Part shown: in pieces, positions 18,673-30,169 of the stretch
Position numbering within the stretch: the first letter of the stretch is position 1
Layout: each line of letters starts with the position of its first letter
Assembly: GCA_041677125.1 (NCBI GenBank)
Contig: JBAYQP010000006.1
Span: 30,480 to 94,479, forward strand
Reading direction: 5' to 3'
Source: Desulfuromonadales bacterium
Lineage (GTDB): Bacteria; Desulfobacterota; Desulfuromonadia; Desulfuromonadales; JACZKF01
Length of the DNA: 64,000 nucleotides
Notes under the pieces: model-generated
Told to the model about the DNA's origin: nothing
Seen by the model: the letters and a program-made list of their open reading frames with translations, nothing else
Database searches by the model: none
Translations under genes and position numbers: made by a program

Positions 18673-18939
18673 ATGGGACACGGACCCGCTGTAAAACTCG
18701 GCGTCGATAATGCGACACAATACAAATCGCGCATCGGCATCGGCATGTTCCTCGTCTATCTGGTTTGTTATGTCATTTTTGTGGCGATCAACACCATCAG
18801 CCCGACGCTCATGGAAATCGATGTTCTCGGGCAAAACATGGCGGTGGTCTTCGGTTTCGGACTGATCTTCTTCGCCCTTGTCCTGGCCGTCATTTACAAC
18901 CATCTCTGCACCGCGGCAGAGAATCGGCTGAATAAATAG
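18673..18939 (+). CDS. DUF485 (YjcH-like) inner-membrane protein
   Basis: 88 aa with two TM helices, immediately upstream of actP as in the yjcH-actP arrangement. Confidence 0.85.
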   Translation: MGHGPAVKLGVDNATQYKSRIGIGMFLVYLVCYVIFVAINTISPTLMEIDVLGQNMAVVFGFGLIFFALVLAVIYNHLCTAAENRLNK

Positions 18940-18950
18940 GAGGCGCGAAA

Positions 18951-20897
18951 ATGGTTTACTCCCAATCCATGCTGGCGATTGTTTTATTCGTCTCCTTCGT
19001 TGTTTTTGTCCTCGGACTCTCCTTTTATCTGGCCCGGCGCACCACCTCCGCCGCCGGCTATTACGCCGCCGGCGGCAGCGTCCACTGGTTCGTCAACGGC
19101 ATCGCCTTCGCCGGCGACTATTTGTCCGCCGCTTCCTTCCTCGGCATCGCCGGCATGATCGCCACCGCCGGCTACGACGGCTTCCTTTATTCCATCGGCT
19201 ATCTGGCCGGCTGGATGGTCGCCCTCTTCCTGGTGGCCGAACCGATGAAGCGCCTGGGCAAGTACACCTTTACCGACGCCCTGGACTCCAAGTTCAACTC
19301 CAAGAGCATCCAGCTGACCGCCGCCATCAGCACGTTGGTCGTTTCCGTCTTCTACCTGATCCCGCAGATGGTCGGCGCCGGCGTTCTGGTCAAGCCCCTG
19401 CTCGGGTTGCCGCACGCCGCCGGGGTCATCATCGTCGGCGTCGTCGTGACCATCATCGTCGCCACGGCCGGCATGGCCTCCACCACCTATGTGCAGTTCA
19501 TGAAGGGCGGCCTGCTCCTCATTTTCTCGGCCATCCTGGTGGTCGCGGTCCTCGGCCGCGGCCTGTCCACCACGCCGGACAACGACGGCAAGAAGTACCA
19601 CGAGTTCACCACGCTGCAGGCCAGCCTGGCGGCCGACGGCGGCCTTCAGCTCTCCGACCCGGCCTACAGCGCCGCCGCCGACTGGCAGAACACCACCTAT
19701 GGGCAGGCCGGCTTCGTCAAGCTCAGCCGCAACGGCGAGGAATCGGTCTGGCAGGTGAAGACGGACGCCCAAGGCGGCTACACCCTGGAAGAAACCCTCT
19801 ACACCGTCCACATGGCCGACGGCACCAAGCTGTTCAACGGCGCCACGGCTGAAAACGGCAAGTTTTTCCCGGTTGGCCACATGAAGGAGATTACCATCGG
19901 CGGCGAAACCGTGGCGCAGACCGGCGCCCTCGGTCCCTTCGAATACCTCTCGACGATCAAGAACAGCACCATCGTTCTCTGGGGGCAAAAAGTCCTCCTC
20001 GACGGCGAGGATCAGGTCAGCATTTATTATCAGAAGCCCACCCCCGGCAATCTGGTGCTGCGCCCAGGTCTGAAGTTCAAGGTCGATAACGCCACCACCA
20101 CGGAGAAATTAAACTTCATCTCCATTATGCTGGCGCTCTTCTGCGGCACCGCAGCACTGCCGCACATCCTCATCCGCTACTACACGGTGCCAAGCCAGGC
20201 GGCGGCCCGTAAATCGACCATTGTCGCCATTGCCGCCATCGGCTTTTTCTACATCCTGACCCTGTTCATGGGCTTGGGCGCCATGACCAACGGCGTCATC
20301 AACATCACCGACGACAACATGTCGGCGCCGCTGTTGGCCCTTTCCTTCGGGGTGGTGCTTTTCGCCATCATTTCATCCATCGCCTTCGCCACGGTGCTGG
20401 GAACGGTCAGCGGCCTGATCGTCGCCGCCTCGGGGGCAGTGGCCCACGACCTGATGGACAAGTTCTTCGGCATGAACCTGTCGGACAAAGCGATGGTTAC
20501 GTCCGGCAAAATCTCGGCGATCGTCGTCGGCTGTATCGCGATGTACCTGGGGATCGTCTTCGAGGGGATGAACGTCTCCTTCCTCGTCGGCTGGGCCTTC
20601 GCCGTCGCCGCCTCGGCCAACCTGCCGGCGATCCTCATGCTCCTGTTCTGGAAGCGCACCACCGCGCAAGGAGTGTCCGCTTCCATCATCGTCGGGATCG
20701 TCTCGGCCCTCGGGCTGATCATGCTCTCCCCCGACATGTTCGTGCGTTATGGCCTGACGCCGGCCGACGCGCCGATCGGCCTCAACAACCCGGGGATTAT
20801 CTCCATCCCCCTGAGCTTCATCGCCCTGGTCGTGGTGTCGCTGCTGACCAAACGCGTCGAAGTCGCAGAGGAAGGCGCCGAAGCCGCAGGTGCTTAA
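18951..20897 (+). CDS. actP: Cation/acetate symporter ActP (SSS family) with an enlarged hydrophilic loop
   Basis: ActP-like motifs (YYAAGG, AFAGDYLSAASFLGI, GTAALPHILIRYYTV, AFATVLGTVSGL). At 648 aa it is about 100 aa longer than E. coli ActP as recalled from memory. Confidence 0.93.
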   Translation: MVYSQSMLAIVLFVSFVVFVLGLSFYLARRTTSAAGYYAAGGSVHWFVNGIAFAGDYLSAASFLGIAGMIATAGYDGFLYSIGYLAGWMVALFLVAEPMKRLGKYTFTDALDSKFNSKSIQLTAAISTLVVSVFYLIPQMVGAGVLVKPLLGLPHAAGVIIVGVVVTIIVATAGMASTTYVQFMKGGLLLIFSAILVVAVLGRGLSTTPDNDGKKYHEFTTLQASLAADGGLQLSDPAYSAAADWQNTTYGQAGFVKLSRNGEESVWQVKTDAQGGYTLEETLYTVHMADGTKLFNGATAENGKFFPVGHMKEITIGGETVAQTGALGPFEYLSTIKNSTIVLWGQKVLLDGEDQVSIYYQKPTPGNLVLRPGLKFKVDNATTTEKLNFISIMLALFCGTAALPHILIRYYTVPSQAAARKSTIVAIAAIGFFYILTLFMGLGAMTNGVINITDDNMSAPLLALSFGVVLFAIISSIAFATVLGTVSGLIVAASGAVAHDLMDKFFGMNLSDKAMVTSGKISAIVVGCIAMYLGIVFEGMNVSFLVGWAFAVAASANLPAILMLLFWKRTTAQGVSASIIVGIVSALGLIMLSPDMFVRYGLTPADAPIGLNNPGIISIPLSFIALVVVSLLTKRVEVAEEGAEAAGA

Positions 20898-20931
20898 GGT
20901 TGGTCGTTAAAACCATCATCTGCCATGCCAA

Positions 20932-20960
20932 GGGGCCGCTTTCGGGCGGCCCCGTTTTTT
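20932..20960 (+). terminator. Rho-independent terminator after actP
   Basis: GGGGCCGC-UUUCGG-GCGGCCCC perfect 8-bp GC stem followed by G-UUUUUU. Confidence 0.8.
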
Positions 20961-20978
20961 CTCTTTCAGGATGATTCG

Positions 20979-21590
20979 ATGAAACGATTTCGCTACACCC
21001 TGCTCGCCGTCTGCCTGGTCCTGCTCTGGCTGGGGTGGACGGATATCTCTCTTTTTTTGCGCAATCGCGCGCCGGCCCAGGTGTCAACCGCGGCCCTGGA
21101 AGGCCAGGGTCCGCCCCGCGCCTGGTTGCAGGTCAGCGGCGGTTGGCTCGACATGGAACAGGCGATTTCGACTTCCGGAACCATCGAACTCGATGCCTTG
21201 CTCGTCCCCTTGAAAAGCTCTCCGACCGCCGAAGGATTCGGTATTCTGGTGGAGACCCGCGATCCGCAACTGCTGAGTCTTTTCCGCACCTATCATTTCC
21301 AACTCGACACAGACCTGGAAAAAGAGCGCTTTCTGCAGGAGCATCGCGCGGAATTTCATCCGCAGCGGGTGATTACCGGGACGATGATAACCGGCCTGAT
21401 TGCCTCGGGAAATCGCGACAAGCTGTTGAAGCTCGCCCGGGAGGTGGGGATGCCGGTTGCCGAAGACGTCCTGTTCATCAGCGAAGGGAAGGAGCCGCCC
21501 AAATACCGTGGTTTCTTCTTCGCCGGCATCGGCCTTCTCGGTCTGCTTCGCCTCCTCAGCCTCTGGCGAAACCGGCCGGCAGAGGCGTAA
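20979..21590 (+). CDS. Hypothetical membrane protein (TM helix at each end)
   Basis: Start reassigned to ATG 20979, after the terminator. N-terminal TM helix LLAVCLVLLWLGW and C-terminal TM helix FFFAGIGLLGLLRLL. No motif recognised. Confidence 0.55.
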   Translation: MKRFRYTLLAVCLVLLWLGWTDISLFLRNRAPAQVSTAALEGQGPPRAWLQVSGGWLDMEQAISTSGTIELDALLVPLKSSPTAEGFGILVETRDPQLLSLFRTYHFQLDTDLEKERFLQEHRAEFHPQRVITGTMITGLIASGNRDKLLKLAREVGMPVAEDVLFISEGKEPPKYRGFFFAGIGLLGLLRLLSLWRNRPAEA

Positions 21591-21622
21591 AACAGCTATC
21601 AACTATCAGCTGTCGGCTGGCT

Positions 21623-23020
21623 TCAGAACTCCGCATTGCCCGGCGTGCGCGGGAAGGGGATAACATCGCGAATGTTCTCCATCCCGGTCACATACATGAG
21701 AAAGCGTTCGAAACCCAGCCCGAATCCGGCATGCGGGCAACTGCCCCAGCGGCGCGTGTCCAGGTACCACCACAGGCTCTCCGGCGCGATCCCCGCCCCG
21801 CGCATCTTTTCCGTTAAAACATCCAGGCGCTCCTCGCGCTGACTGCCGCCGATGATCTCCCCCACCCGCGGCACCAGCAGATCCATGGCCGCCACGGTTC
21901 GACCGTCGTCGTTGCGACGCATGTAAAAGGCCTTGATCTGCGCCGGGTAATCGGTGACGAAAACCGGCCCACCGACCACCTCTTCGGTCAAGTAACGCTC
22001 GTGCTCCGATTGCAGATCAAGCCCCCACTGCACCGGAAATTCGAAGCTGCGCCCCGCCTTTTGCAACTGTTCGATCGCCTCGGTGTAGGTCATGCTCTGA
22101 AACTGCGCCTGCGCCAGCGATTGCAATTTGGCGATCAGCCCCGGCGCGATCCGTTCATTGAAAAAGTCCAGATCTTCACCGCAATGCTCCAGCGCGTAGA
22201 CGACCAGGTAACGGAGAAATTCCTCGGCTAAAGCGCAGTCGGCCGCCAGGTCGGCAAACGCCATTTCCGGCTCGATCATCCAGAATTCACTGGCGTGCCG
22301 GCTGGTGTGCGAATTTTCAGCGCGAAAGGTCGGGCCGAAGGTGTAGATGTCGGAAAAAGCGGTGGCGAACAGCTCCCCCTGCAACTGGCCGCTGACCGTC
22401 AGACCGGTGCGCTGGCCGAAAAAATCCCGCCGCCAATCGATTTCCCCCTTGTCGTCCAGAGGTGGCCGCTCCGCCGACAGGGTGCTCACACGGAACATTT
22501 CGCCGGCCCCCTCGCAGTCGTTGGCGGTGATAATCGGCGTTTGAACGTGCAAAAAACCACGCTCCTGAAAGAAGCGATGGACGGCGAAAGACAGGGCGCT
22601 GCGTACGCGGAACACCGCACCGAAGGTGTTGGAGCGCGGCCGCAGATGGGCGATAGTGCGCAGGTATTCGAGGCTGTGGCGTTTTTTCTGCAACGGATAA
22701 TCGGCATCGGCCCCGCCAATGATGTCGACCTCTTTCGCTTTCAGCTCCCAAGCCTGGCCGGCGGCCGGAGACGGCGTCAGATCGCCGGTCGCCGCCAGGC
22801 TGGCGCCGGTGCCGAGTTTCGCCAGTTCCTCGAAATTCGCCAGCGCCGGATCCAGTACGATCTGCAAACAAGCAAAACAGGAGCCGTCATTCAGGGCGAC
22901 AAAAGCAACCTCCTTGCTGCGCCGGATGGTGCGAACCCACCCCTTTACCGTTATTTCCGCTGCGGCGTCGGTTGCCGCCAGGGCGTTGCGGATCGGCATT
23001 CTGGATCGCGGCTCGGGCAT
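21623..23020 (-). CDS. asnS: Asparagine-tRNA ligase
   Basis: Class II motifs including [24 protein letters not shown] and GGSQREER, with an OB-fold N-domain. Start set to the internal ATG at 23020. Confidence 0.95.
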   Translation of the reverse strand: MPEPRSRMPIRNALAATDAAAEITVKGWVRTIRRSKEVAFVALNDGSCFACLQIVLDPALANFEELAKLGTGASLAATGDLTPSPAAGQAWELKAKEVDIIGGADADYPLQKKRHSLEYLRTIAHLRPRSNTFGAVFRVRSALSFAVHRFFQERGFLHVQTPIITANDCEGAGEMFRVSTLSAERPPLDDKGEIDWRRDFFGQRTGLTVSGQLQGELFATAFSDIYTFGPTFRAENSHTSRHASEFWMIEPEMAFADLAADCALAEEFLRYLVVYALEHCGEDLDFFNERIAPGLIAKLQSLAQAQFQSMTYTEAIEQLQKAGRSFEFPVQWGLDLQSEHERYLTEEVVGGPVFVTDYPAQIKAFYMRRNDDGRTVAAMDLLVPRVGEIIGGSQREERLDVLTEKMRGAGIAPESLWWYLDTRRWGSCPHAGFGLGFERFLMYVTGMENIRDVIPFPRTPGNAEF

Positions 23021-23296
23021 CGGGGAATCCTCCGGAAATAATAATGGATGGCGAAGCGCCAGGTGGGCGGCGCGCATGGTCGAAGCAATGAGACGTTCTT
23101 ATGTACGTCGAAGCAGCGGGAGCAATGGCGACAACGTTGGTGCGTTTTTGCGCCGCCATCAATTATCCTTCACCGCATCGGCCGATGCAACCGCGGACCA
23201 TTTTTTCCGTCGGCAAATGGCCTGTCGGCTCTCCCGTCGGCAATCTCTCCTGTGCTACACTTTCATTCCAATATATTTGTCCAGGCGCTGAAAGCC

Positions 23297-25411
23297 ATGT
23301 CGAAACAATCGCTGAATCCGCTGCAAGGGCTTCGCCGCAAAACCGTCTCCTATGCGGTTCTGTATACCCTCGCCGCGCTGCTCCTCATCGCCTTTTTGAC
23401 CCTCGTCCCCTTCCTGAATCGACTGAAAACCACCGAGGAACGACATCTTCTCAATATCGCCCGCGCCCGCACCGCCGCCGTAGAGGAGTACCTTTCCCGG
23501 CTCTTCAACATTGCCCGACTGCTCTCTGACCAGCCCTCTTTCCGGCAGACTCTGGCGGCCTACAACCGGGGAGAGATGACGCAACCGCAGGTCCATGACC
23601 TTCTCGGCCCGCAACTGGCGGCGAACGTCTCCCGGCATGGAGAAATCGCCGGAATGGCCATGCGGTTGCGCAATGGCCAGCATGTGGTTCAGGCGGGAAT
23701 TCCGCTGCCAGGCGGGACCATGGCTGCGACCCAGGCGCAGCCCAAAGGGATTATCCTCTCCGATCCCGTGGTTTTCCAGGACATGCTTTATCTGCTGGTG
23801 ACGGCGCCGGTGACCAGCGCCGCCGGGGATCGTCTCGGGACCACCTTGATCCTGTTCTCCGCCGCCGGCCTGCAGCGCATCATCTGGGAAGGGTCCGATC
23901 TGCCGCAAGCCGGCGACACCCTTCTCGGCACCGTCCGAGAGGGACATGCAACCATCTTCTTCCCCGGCCGCGAAGGGGAGCGGGAACTCTATAATTTTAC
24001 TCCGCAGCCCCCCATTTATACCTTGGCCCTGCAAGCCGCCGCCCGGGGAAAAGCCGGCCTTCTGCGCGAGAACCTCAAGCCTCCGGGAGCCCCCGACATC
24101 GTCGCCTATGCGCCGGTGGGGCGAAACCGCTGGGGTGTGCTGGTCACCATGGATCAGGGCGACCTCTACGCCGAGACCAACCGCCTCTTTTCCTCGGTGG
24201 CGGCGGTGGCGATCGCCCTTTCTTTTCTCGGCGGCCTCGGCATCTTCCTCCTGTTGCGCCCGCTGACAGGAAAAACCCTGAGCTATTCTGCGGCGTTGCA
24301 AACCCTGAATGAAAGCCTGGAACGCGAAATCTCTGAACGGACCCGGATGGAAGAGAATCTGCGCCGCAGCGAGCGGGAATGGCAACAGACCTTCGAGGCG
24401 ATCACCGATGCCGTCGCCATCCTCGACCGGGAAGGACGGGTTCTGAAGATGAACCGGGCGAACGCCTCCTTCCTGAACAGCATCGCGCACGCCGAAAACG
24501 AGATGAGTTGCCTGCTCCATTACGGTTCGGATACGCGGGGGGAGGTTTGCGCCTTCAATCGGATGTTGTGGACCAAAGCTCCGGAATTCGGCCTGTTGCA
24601 CGAACCGAAAAGCGCTCGCTATTACCATATTTCCATCTATCCGCTTCTCGACGAAAGAGGGGACCTATGGGGCGGAGTCCATATCGCCCAGGACATTACG
24701 GAACAGAAGAAGATGGAAGGCTTGAAGGATGAGATGATTTCGTCGGTAAGTCATGAGATGCGCACCCCCCTCACCGCGATGCTCGGATTCGTCGAGTTTC
24801 TTCTCGAAAATGAGGTCGCGCCGGAGCAGCAACGAGATTACCTGCGCACCGTCTATCGCGAAACGGAAAGGCTGAATGAACTGATCAGCAACTTCCTCGA
24901 CCTGCAACGCTTACAGGCGCAACTGGAAAACTACGCCTTTGCGACGTTGCAGGTCGACGAACTGCTGGCGGAAGCGACGCACCTGTTTTCCGTCGCCTCG
25001 AAGAAACATACCATCGTCCTGGCGTGTCCGCCGGGGTTGCCGCCGGTGGTCGGCGATGCCAAACGGCTACAGCAGGTGATGAAAAATCTGCTGACCAACG
25101 CCATCCGCTATTCCCCCAAGGGAGGGAAGATTACCGTCGGCGCGGAGCGGGAGGGGGATATGGTCAAAATCTGGGTTCGGGATGAGGGACTGGGGATTCC
25201 ACCGCAGGCGATGAGCAAAATCTTCGACCAGTTCTACCGGGTCGACGACAGCGCCCACCGCATTCCGGGGGGAATAGGACTCGGCCTGGCGCTGGTGCGG
25301 GAAGTTGTGCGGGCGCACGGCGGTCGGGTCGGCGTGGTAAGCACCCTCGGGCAGGGGAGTCTTTTCTCTTTCACGCTTCCCCTGGCGGAAGAGGCGGCAA
25401 GCGGCGGCTAG
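23297..25411 (+). CDS. Sensor histidine kinase (periplasmic sensor domain, PAS, HisKA, HATPase); no adjacent response regulator
   Basis: Start reassigned to ATG 23297. Two TM helices flank a sensor region of about 300 aa. PAS region, H-box [12 protein letters not shown]-box [10 protein letters not shown], and G-box [10 protein letters not shown] are present. Confidence 0.9.
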   Translation: MSKQSLNPLQGLRRKTVSYAVLYTLAALLLIAFLTLVPFLNRLKTTEERHLLNIARARTAAVEEYLSRLFNIARLLSDQPSFRQTLAAYNRGEMTQPQVHDLLGPQLAANVSRHGEIAGMAMRLRNGQHVVQAGIPLPGGTMAATQAQPKGIILSDPVVFQDMLYLLVTAPVTSAAGDRLGTTLILFSAAGLQRIIWEGSDLPQAGDTLLGTVREGHATIFFPGREGERELYNFTPQPPIYTLALQAAARGKAGLLRENLKPPGAPDIVAYAPVGRNRWGVLVTMDQGDLYAETNRLFSSVAAVAIALSFLGGLGIFLLLRPLTGKTLSYSAALQTLNESLEREISERTRMEENLRRSEREWQQTFEAITDAVAILDREGRVLKMNRANASFLNSIAHAENEMSCLLHYGSDTRGEVCAFNRMLWTKAPEFGLLHEPKSARYYHISIYPLLDERGDLWGGVHIAQDITEQKKMEGLKDEMISSVSHEMRTPLTAMLGFVEFLLENEVAPEQQRDYLRTVYRETERLNELISNFLDLQRLQAQLENYAFATLQVDELLAEATHLFSVASKKHTIVLACPPGLPPVVGDAKRLQQVMKNLLTNAIRYSPKGGKITVGAEREGDMVKIWVRDEGLGIPPQAMSKIFDQFYRVDDSAHRIPGGIGLGLALVREVVRAHGGRVGVVSTLGQGSLFSFTLPLAEEAASGG

Positions 25412-25481
25412 GGACCAGAGCCGAATCGCAGCGGAAAAGGGCGGAACCGGTCCGCTTCCGACGCCAGGCGACCGAGTTTTT

Positions 25482-27068
25482 TCAGCTGTGCTCCCGCGTC
25501 TTGTGGAAAATCACCTTCGGCCACTGCTCCATGGTGTGGCCGAGGCGCCATTCGCTGGGGGCGAGGTAGGTGAGGTTCCCCTCGGCGTCGCGGGCCAGGT
25601 TGCTCTGGCTCTTCTTCTCGAATTCGGCCAGCAGCTTGCGATCGTCGCAGTCGATCCAGCGGGCGGTGGCGAAATCGATCCCCTCGTAGACGGCATCGAC
25701 GCCGTATTCGTCCCGCAGCCGGGCGATGATCACGTCGAACTGCAGAACGCCGACCGCCCCGAGAATCCAGTCGCTCCCCAACAGAGGCCGAAAAACCTGC
25801 ACCGCCCCTTCTTCCGCCAGCTGCGTCAGCCCTTTTTCCAGTTGCTTCACCTTCAGCGGATTTTTCAGCCGCACCCGGCGGAAATGGTCCGGGGCGAAAT
25901 TGGGGATGCCGGTGTACTTGAGAACTTCCTTCTCGGTGAACGTATCGCCGATCTTGATCGTGCCGTGATTGTGCAGGCCGATGATGTCCCCCGGCCAGGC
26001 CTCTTCGACATTGGTGCGGTCCTGGGCCATGAAGATGGTGGCGTTGGCCAGCGCCACATCCTTGCCGATGCGGTGATGCTTCACCTTCATGCCACGGGTG
26101 AACTTGCCGGAGCAGATGCGTAGAAAGGCGATGCGGTCGCGATGCGCCGGGTCCATGTTCGCCTGGATCTTGAAGACGAAACCGGAAAAATCCTCTTCGT
26201 AGGGGGAGACCTCGCGACTGGTCGTTTCCCGTGGACGCGGCGGCGGCGCCAGTTCGACAAAGGCGTCGAGCAACTCGCGGACGCCGAAATTGTTGATGGC
26301 GCTGCCGAAGAACACCGGCGTCAGGTTCCCCTTCAGATATTCCTTCAGGTCGAAGGGATTGGCCGCGCCCTCCAGCAGCTCGATATCGGCGCGCAGTTCA
26401 TCGGCCTGGCCGCCGAGGAGTTTATCCAGCTGCGGATCGTTGAGATCCTTGATAACGATGCCGTCCTTGCCGAGCCGCGACTCTCCCGGGGTGAACAGAT
26501 ACAGTTCCTTGCGGTAGAGGTTGTAGGTCCCCTTGAAGCGCTTGCCCATGCCGATGGGCCAGGACAGGGGCGCGCACTCGATGGCCAGCGTCTCTTCGAT
26601 GTCGGACAACAGGTCCAGCGGCTCGCGCCCTTCCCGGTCGAGCTTGTTGATGAAGGTGATGATCGGGGTGTTGCGCATCCTGCAGACTTCCATCAGCTTG
26701 CGCGTCTGCGTCTCCACCCCCTTGGCGCTGTCGATGACCATCAGCGCGCTGTCGACGGCGGTCAGCACCCGATAGGTGTCCTCCGAAAAATCCTGATGCC
26801 CGGGGGTGTCGAGCAGGTTCACCGCGTAGTCCCGGTAGTTGAACTGCATGACCGAGGTGGTGACGGAAATGCCGCGTTCGCGCTCCATCGCCATCCAGTC
26901 GCTGGTGGCATGGCGCGCCGCTTTGCGCGATTTGACGGCGCCGGCCATCTGAATCGCGCCGCCGAAGAGCAGCAATTTTTCGGTGAGGGTGGTTTTGCCG
27001 GCATCGGGATGGCTGATGATGCCGAAAGTGCGGCGGCGGTCGACTTCCTGCCGGTGTTGTTTGCTCAC
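25482..27068 (-). CDS. prfC: Peptide chain release factor 3
   Basis: GTG start at 27068 gives 528 aa. GTPase motifs [16 protein letters not shown] and DTPGHQDF match the RF3 pattern. Confidence 0.95.
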   Translation of the reverse strand: MSKQHRQEVDRRRTFGIISHPDAGKTTLTEKLLLFGGAIQMAGAVKSRKAARHATSDWMAMERERGISVTTSVMQFNYRDYAVNLLDTPGHQDFSEDTYRVLTAVDSALMVIDSAKGVETQTRKLMEVCRMRNTPIITFINKLDREGREPLDLLSDIEETLAIECAPLSWPIGMGKRFKGTYNLYRKELYLFTPGESRLGKDGIVIKDLNDPQLDKLLGGQADELRADIELLEGAANPFDLKEYLKGNLTPVFFGSAINNFGVRELLDAFVELAPPPRPRETTSREVSPYEEDFSGFVFKIQANMDPAHRDRIAFLRICSGKFTRGMKVKHHRIGKDVALANATIFMAQDRTNVEEAWPGDIIGLHNHGTIKIGDTFTEKEVLKYTGIPNFAPDHFRRVRLKNPLKVKQLEKGLTQLAEEGAVQVFRPLLGSDWILGAVGVLQFDVIIARLRDEYGVDAVYEGIDFATARWIDCDDRKLLAEFEKKSQSNLARDAEGNLTYLAPSEWRLGHTMEQWPKVIFHKTREHS

Positions 27069-27220
27069 GTAGGTACCTCTGAAAATATTTTTTGGACAAA
27101 AAAAGGGCCATACGGCCCAATTGCGCCGCCAATTGTAACGCAAAGGCGGCAAAAAGGTCAATCTGCGGGCGGGGCGACGGGCGTCGCCCCAGATGGCTGA
27201 TTTTTAAAGGAAATGCCTGC

Positions 27221-28222
27221 TTATCGCCGGGCGACGATCCGCTCCACCAACAACGAAGCCAGCTTTTTACCCAAAACTTCCCGTGCCACGATATCGGAGC
27301 GCTCCGATTGCCGGGATCCTTCGCGAATGGTCGTGCGCAGGTTGTCCATCACGCGCAGGTCGCTGCCTTCCAGCAGATCGACCTGGGCCGACGCGACGGT
27401 CCAATGCCAGGGGTCGCCGGTGGTGTACTTTTCGGTTCGAACCGTTCCGCGAATGGTCAGGTTGCGCTCCCCGACCGGCGCCATGCGCATGCCCACCGAA
27501 GTCAGCTTCCGCACCAGGGACCCGGTGACGATTTCCCCCTGGTCCCCTTCGAGTTCGACGCCAAGACGGATCGCGCCGGCCGCCTCATCGGCCAGGGCGG
27601 CGATGGCGGCGGCATTGCGCGGCGGCTCCATCACCCAGCCGGAAGGCGCCAGCACCCGCAGATCGCCGGCCACGACCTGCCGTTGCTCCAGCGCCTGCAA
27701 AGTGGCGAGATAATGCCCGAGGCGGCGGGCCGGATTGCTCGCATTCTCAGCCAGCCGCACCTGTTCGGCGATGGTCAGGTCGAGATCGTTCAATTGACTG
27801 CGCAAGGGGCGGGCGGCCGCCAGTCGATCGAGCACGGCCAGGGCATAATATTCGCCGGTGCGCGGATCGGGCCAGACTTCGGCGATACGCACCCCGCTCA
27901 GCGCCTTGTTGCTGGTCGCCACCAGTTCGGCGCGCACACTCTGGCTGTAATCGGAGGAAACCAGATCCCCCACCGCCGACTGCGCCTGGGCTTCCGAGCT
28001 GCTCATCTGCGAGTGGATGTCGACCTGAAAAATTTTGGCGATTTCACTGCGGGCATGGTCTTCGGCCGTAGCTCGACTGGCCGAGTAGCCGACGCCGGTC
28101 AGAAATGCCTCGGCGGGATAGCGGAAGGTCGGGTCGAGGGTCCAGGCCGGCGGCTTGGGCGCACTACAGCCGGCCAGAAACAACAGCAGAAGGAATACGG
28201 CGATAGGGAAGCGTTTCGGCAT
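27221..28222 (-). CDS. LPP20-like lipoprotein (long form, 333 aa)
   Basis: Lipobox LFLAGC. The N-terminal region (FLTGVGYS..A.....AR.EIAK) resembles the LPP20 lipoprotein family. Last gene of a four-gene lipoprotein operon. Confidence 0.6.
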   Translation of the reverse strand: MPKRFPIAVFLLLLFLAGCSAPKPPAWTLDPTFRYPAEAFLTGVGYSASRATAEDHARSEIAKIFQVDIHSQMSSSEAQAQSAVGDLVSSDYSQSVRAELVATSNKALSGVRIAEVWPDPRTGEYYALAVLDRLAAARPLRSQLNDLDLTIAEQVRLAENASNPARRLGHYLATLQALEQRQVVAGDLRVLAPSGWVMEPPRNAAAIAALADEAAGAIRLGVELEGDQGEIVTGSLVRKLTSVGMRMAPVGERNLTIRGTVRTEKYTTGDPWHWTVASAQVDLLEGSDLRVMDNLRTTIREGSRQSERSDIVAREVLGKKLASLLVERIVARR

Positions 28223-28258
28223 GGGGCATCCTCCTGTAACGGGGCGGAGACAACCGTA

Positions 28259-29542
28259 TTAAAAGAGACGAAAAGTGACAAAAGCCAGGTCCCGATCGGC
28301 GATTTCGACCGACCGACTGTCACGGCCGTTCAGGGTCACGGTATGACTGCCAGGGGTCAATGACACCACCGCCAGATGGATCTCGCCCGGCAGAAAACTC
28401 CAGGAGCGCAGGTCCGCCCGCTCCGTCAGCAGAGCGCCGAGCTGAGCGGTCAAGCCGGCGAGGGGGCCGAACTCCTTTTCCGCCTGGCGCGCGGCGAGTT
28501 GCTTGGCCACGGCGCGGGCAATCATCTTGGCCAGAACCCGCCCCTTCTTGTCCTCCAGACTCTGCCGGGCCACCGCCGCCAGATCCTGGGCGCACTCGGT
28601 GCTGGCAATGGGTTCGCCATTTATCCGCAACTCCGGGACCGAAGGTGCGGCACGCCGCTCGGCGAAGGCCGGGAGCGCCAGTTTTACCGGAAAACCTTTC
28701 CCGCTCGGAAAGACGACGGCTTCCTCACGTTTGGCCGGAATCAGGCCGGTATTGACGATAATCGCCGCCACCGGCCCCCCTTCCACCGGCTCGATGCCGG
28801 CGGCCAGCGCCTCCTGGCGCAGCGTACGGTATTCCTCCAGAAAGCCGACCCGTTTCGCCGCCGTCAGCAGCCGGTCCCAAAGCAGGCGCGGCGCCTCCAC
28901 CCCGTACTTGCCGCGATAAGCGCGGTAGGTTTCCAGGCTTTTGCGATAGGCGATAAAGGCGTTGTTGCTGTCCCCTTCGGCTTCGTAAATCAGACCGGTG
29001 AGGAGCCGCAGGAAGGGGTCTTCCTTGTAGACGTTTTTGCCGCCGTAACTGTCGCTGTAGTAGTTGAGCTTTTCGTCCACCCGCCGGCATTCGACCCGCG
29101 CCCCTTCCAGGTCGTCGAGGGCCAGATAGTTCAGGGCCTTGAAATAGCTGAGGTAGGCGGATTCGTAATCTTCGCCGACATAGGGGATGACGTTGTCGTT
29201 GGAAAGAAAGCTGAGACCCTCGGCAGTCAAACTGCGGGTGAACAGCTCCTCCATCAACAGATCCGCCTCCTCGAAGATTTCGTTGCTGCGCCGGTATTCA
29301 CCTTTCAGCCGCAGCAATTGCCCCTTTTCCAGCAGGTAAAGCAGCCGGTTGCGACCGTTGCCGGCCAGGGACGAGGCTTCCAGGGAACCCAGCGCGGCGT
29401 CGAATTGTCCGGCCTCGGCTTGCCGGATGCCGTTTTCGAGTTCCTGCCGATAGCCGGCGCAACCGGCCAGCGTGGCCAAAAGGGCTGCCGCCAGCAGTCC
29501 CGGAAAAATGCGCAGAAAAGAGGTTGTTATTTTCACCGGCAC
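28259..29542 (-). CDS. TPR-like lipoprotein of unknown function (COG3014-like)
   Basis: Lipobox TLAGC. Helical-repeat N-half (YLLEKG.L....Y..S...F) and beta-rich C-half. The family name is from memory and was not searched. Confidence 0.55.
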   Translation of the reverse strand: MPVKITTSFLRIFPGLLAAALLATLAGCAGYRQELENGIRQAEAGQFDAALGSLEASSLAGNGRNRLLYLLEKGQLLRLKGEYRRSNEIFEEADLLMEELFTRSLTAEGLSFLSNDNVIPYVGEDYESAYLSYFKALNYLALDDLEGARVECRRVDEKLNYYSDSYGGKNVYKEDPFLRLLTGLIYEAEGDSNNAFIAYRKSLETYRAYRGKYGVEAPRLLWDRLLTAAKRVGFLEEYRTLRQEALAAGIEPVEGGPVAAIIVNTGLIPAKREEAVVFPSGKGFPVKLALPAFAERRAAPSVPELRINGEPIASTECAQDLAAVARQSLEDKKGRVLAKMIARAVAKQLAARQAEKEFGPLAGLTAQLGALLTERADLRSWSFLPGEIHLAVVSLTPGSHTVTLNGRDSRSVEIADRDLAFVTFRLF

Positions 29543-29558
29543 AGGCGATCACAAGAGC

Positions 29559-30164
29559 TCAAAGGCCAAACCGGGTTCTTTCCACGAACTTTTTGATCTT
29601 CTTGTCGCCGATCCAGACCTTGCGGTTATTCGCCATATCGACAAGTTCGAGATTCACCTGATAATAGACGACCTTTTCCCGCCCTTCCCGGTCGATAATG
29701 GAATTGACGGCGCCGATGAGCATGTAGTCGGCGCCCGCTTCCATCCCCGGCGCCTTGCGCGTCTCCGGGGCGGCGTTGAGATCCTGATCGAGACGCTCTT
29801 CGCGCACGCCCAGCCGCTCCTCGGCGGAAGCGACGAAACTGGCGCGGCCGGAATTGATCAGCGCCCGTTCCAGGTCCTTGGTGAAGGTTTCGGTGCTGAG
29901 GTGCTCGGAGGAGCGATTGCGCACCGCGCCGACGATGACATCCGGCTTTTTGCCGGTGCGCAGGGCAAACTCGGTCAGCCACGGGCGGCTGAGGCAGTCC
30001 TGAACCATGGCCTCGGCCACCATCTGGCTATCGGAATCGTTCCAGCGGCCGGAAAGATCGCGCACTTCGCCGACATCCATGCGGCTGACCCGGGTGCCGC
30101 CACAGGCGGTGAGAAAAAGTAAAATCGCCGGCAGCAAAAATTTAAGGATTCGCAAAGACTTCAT
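29559..30164 (-). CDS. LpoB/TIGR02722-like lipoprotein (penicillin-binding-protein activator-like fold)
   Basis: Lipobox FLTACG and a conserved-looking RWNDSD...V..RN.S..H motif typical of this lipoprotein family. Sits 5 bp downstream of the preceding gene. Confidence 0.6.
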   Translation of the reverse strand: MKSLRILKFLLPAILLFLTACGGTRVSRMDVGEVRDLSGRWNDSDSQMVAEAMVQDCLSRPWLTEFALRTGKKPDVIVGAVRNRSSEHLSTETFTKDLERALINSGRASFVASAEERLGVREERLDQDLNAAPETRKAPGMEAGADYMLIGAVNSIIDREGREKVVYYQVNLELVDMANNRKVWIGDKKIKKFVERTRFGL

Positions 30165-30169
30165 TCAGA

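Noticed and set aside
25441-25481. Possible bidirectional terminator between the convergent histidine kinase and prfC genes (GCGGA-ACCGG-UCCGC; T-run at 25475-25480)
   Set aside because: The stem is only 5 bp, and the U-tracts are short or not adjacent to the stem, which is too weak to call.
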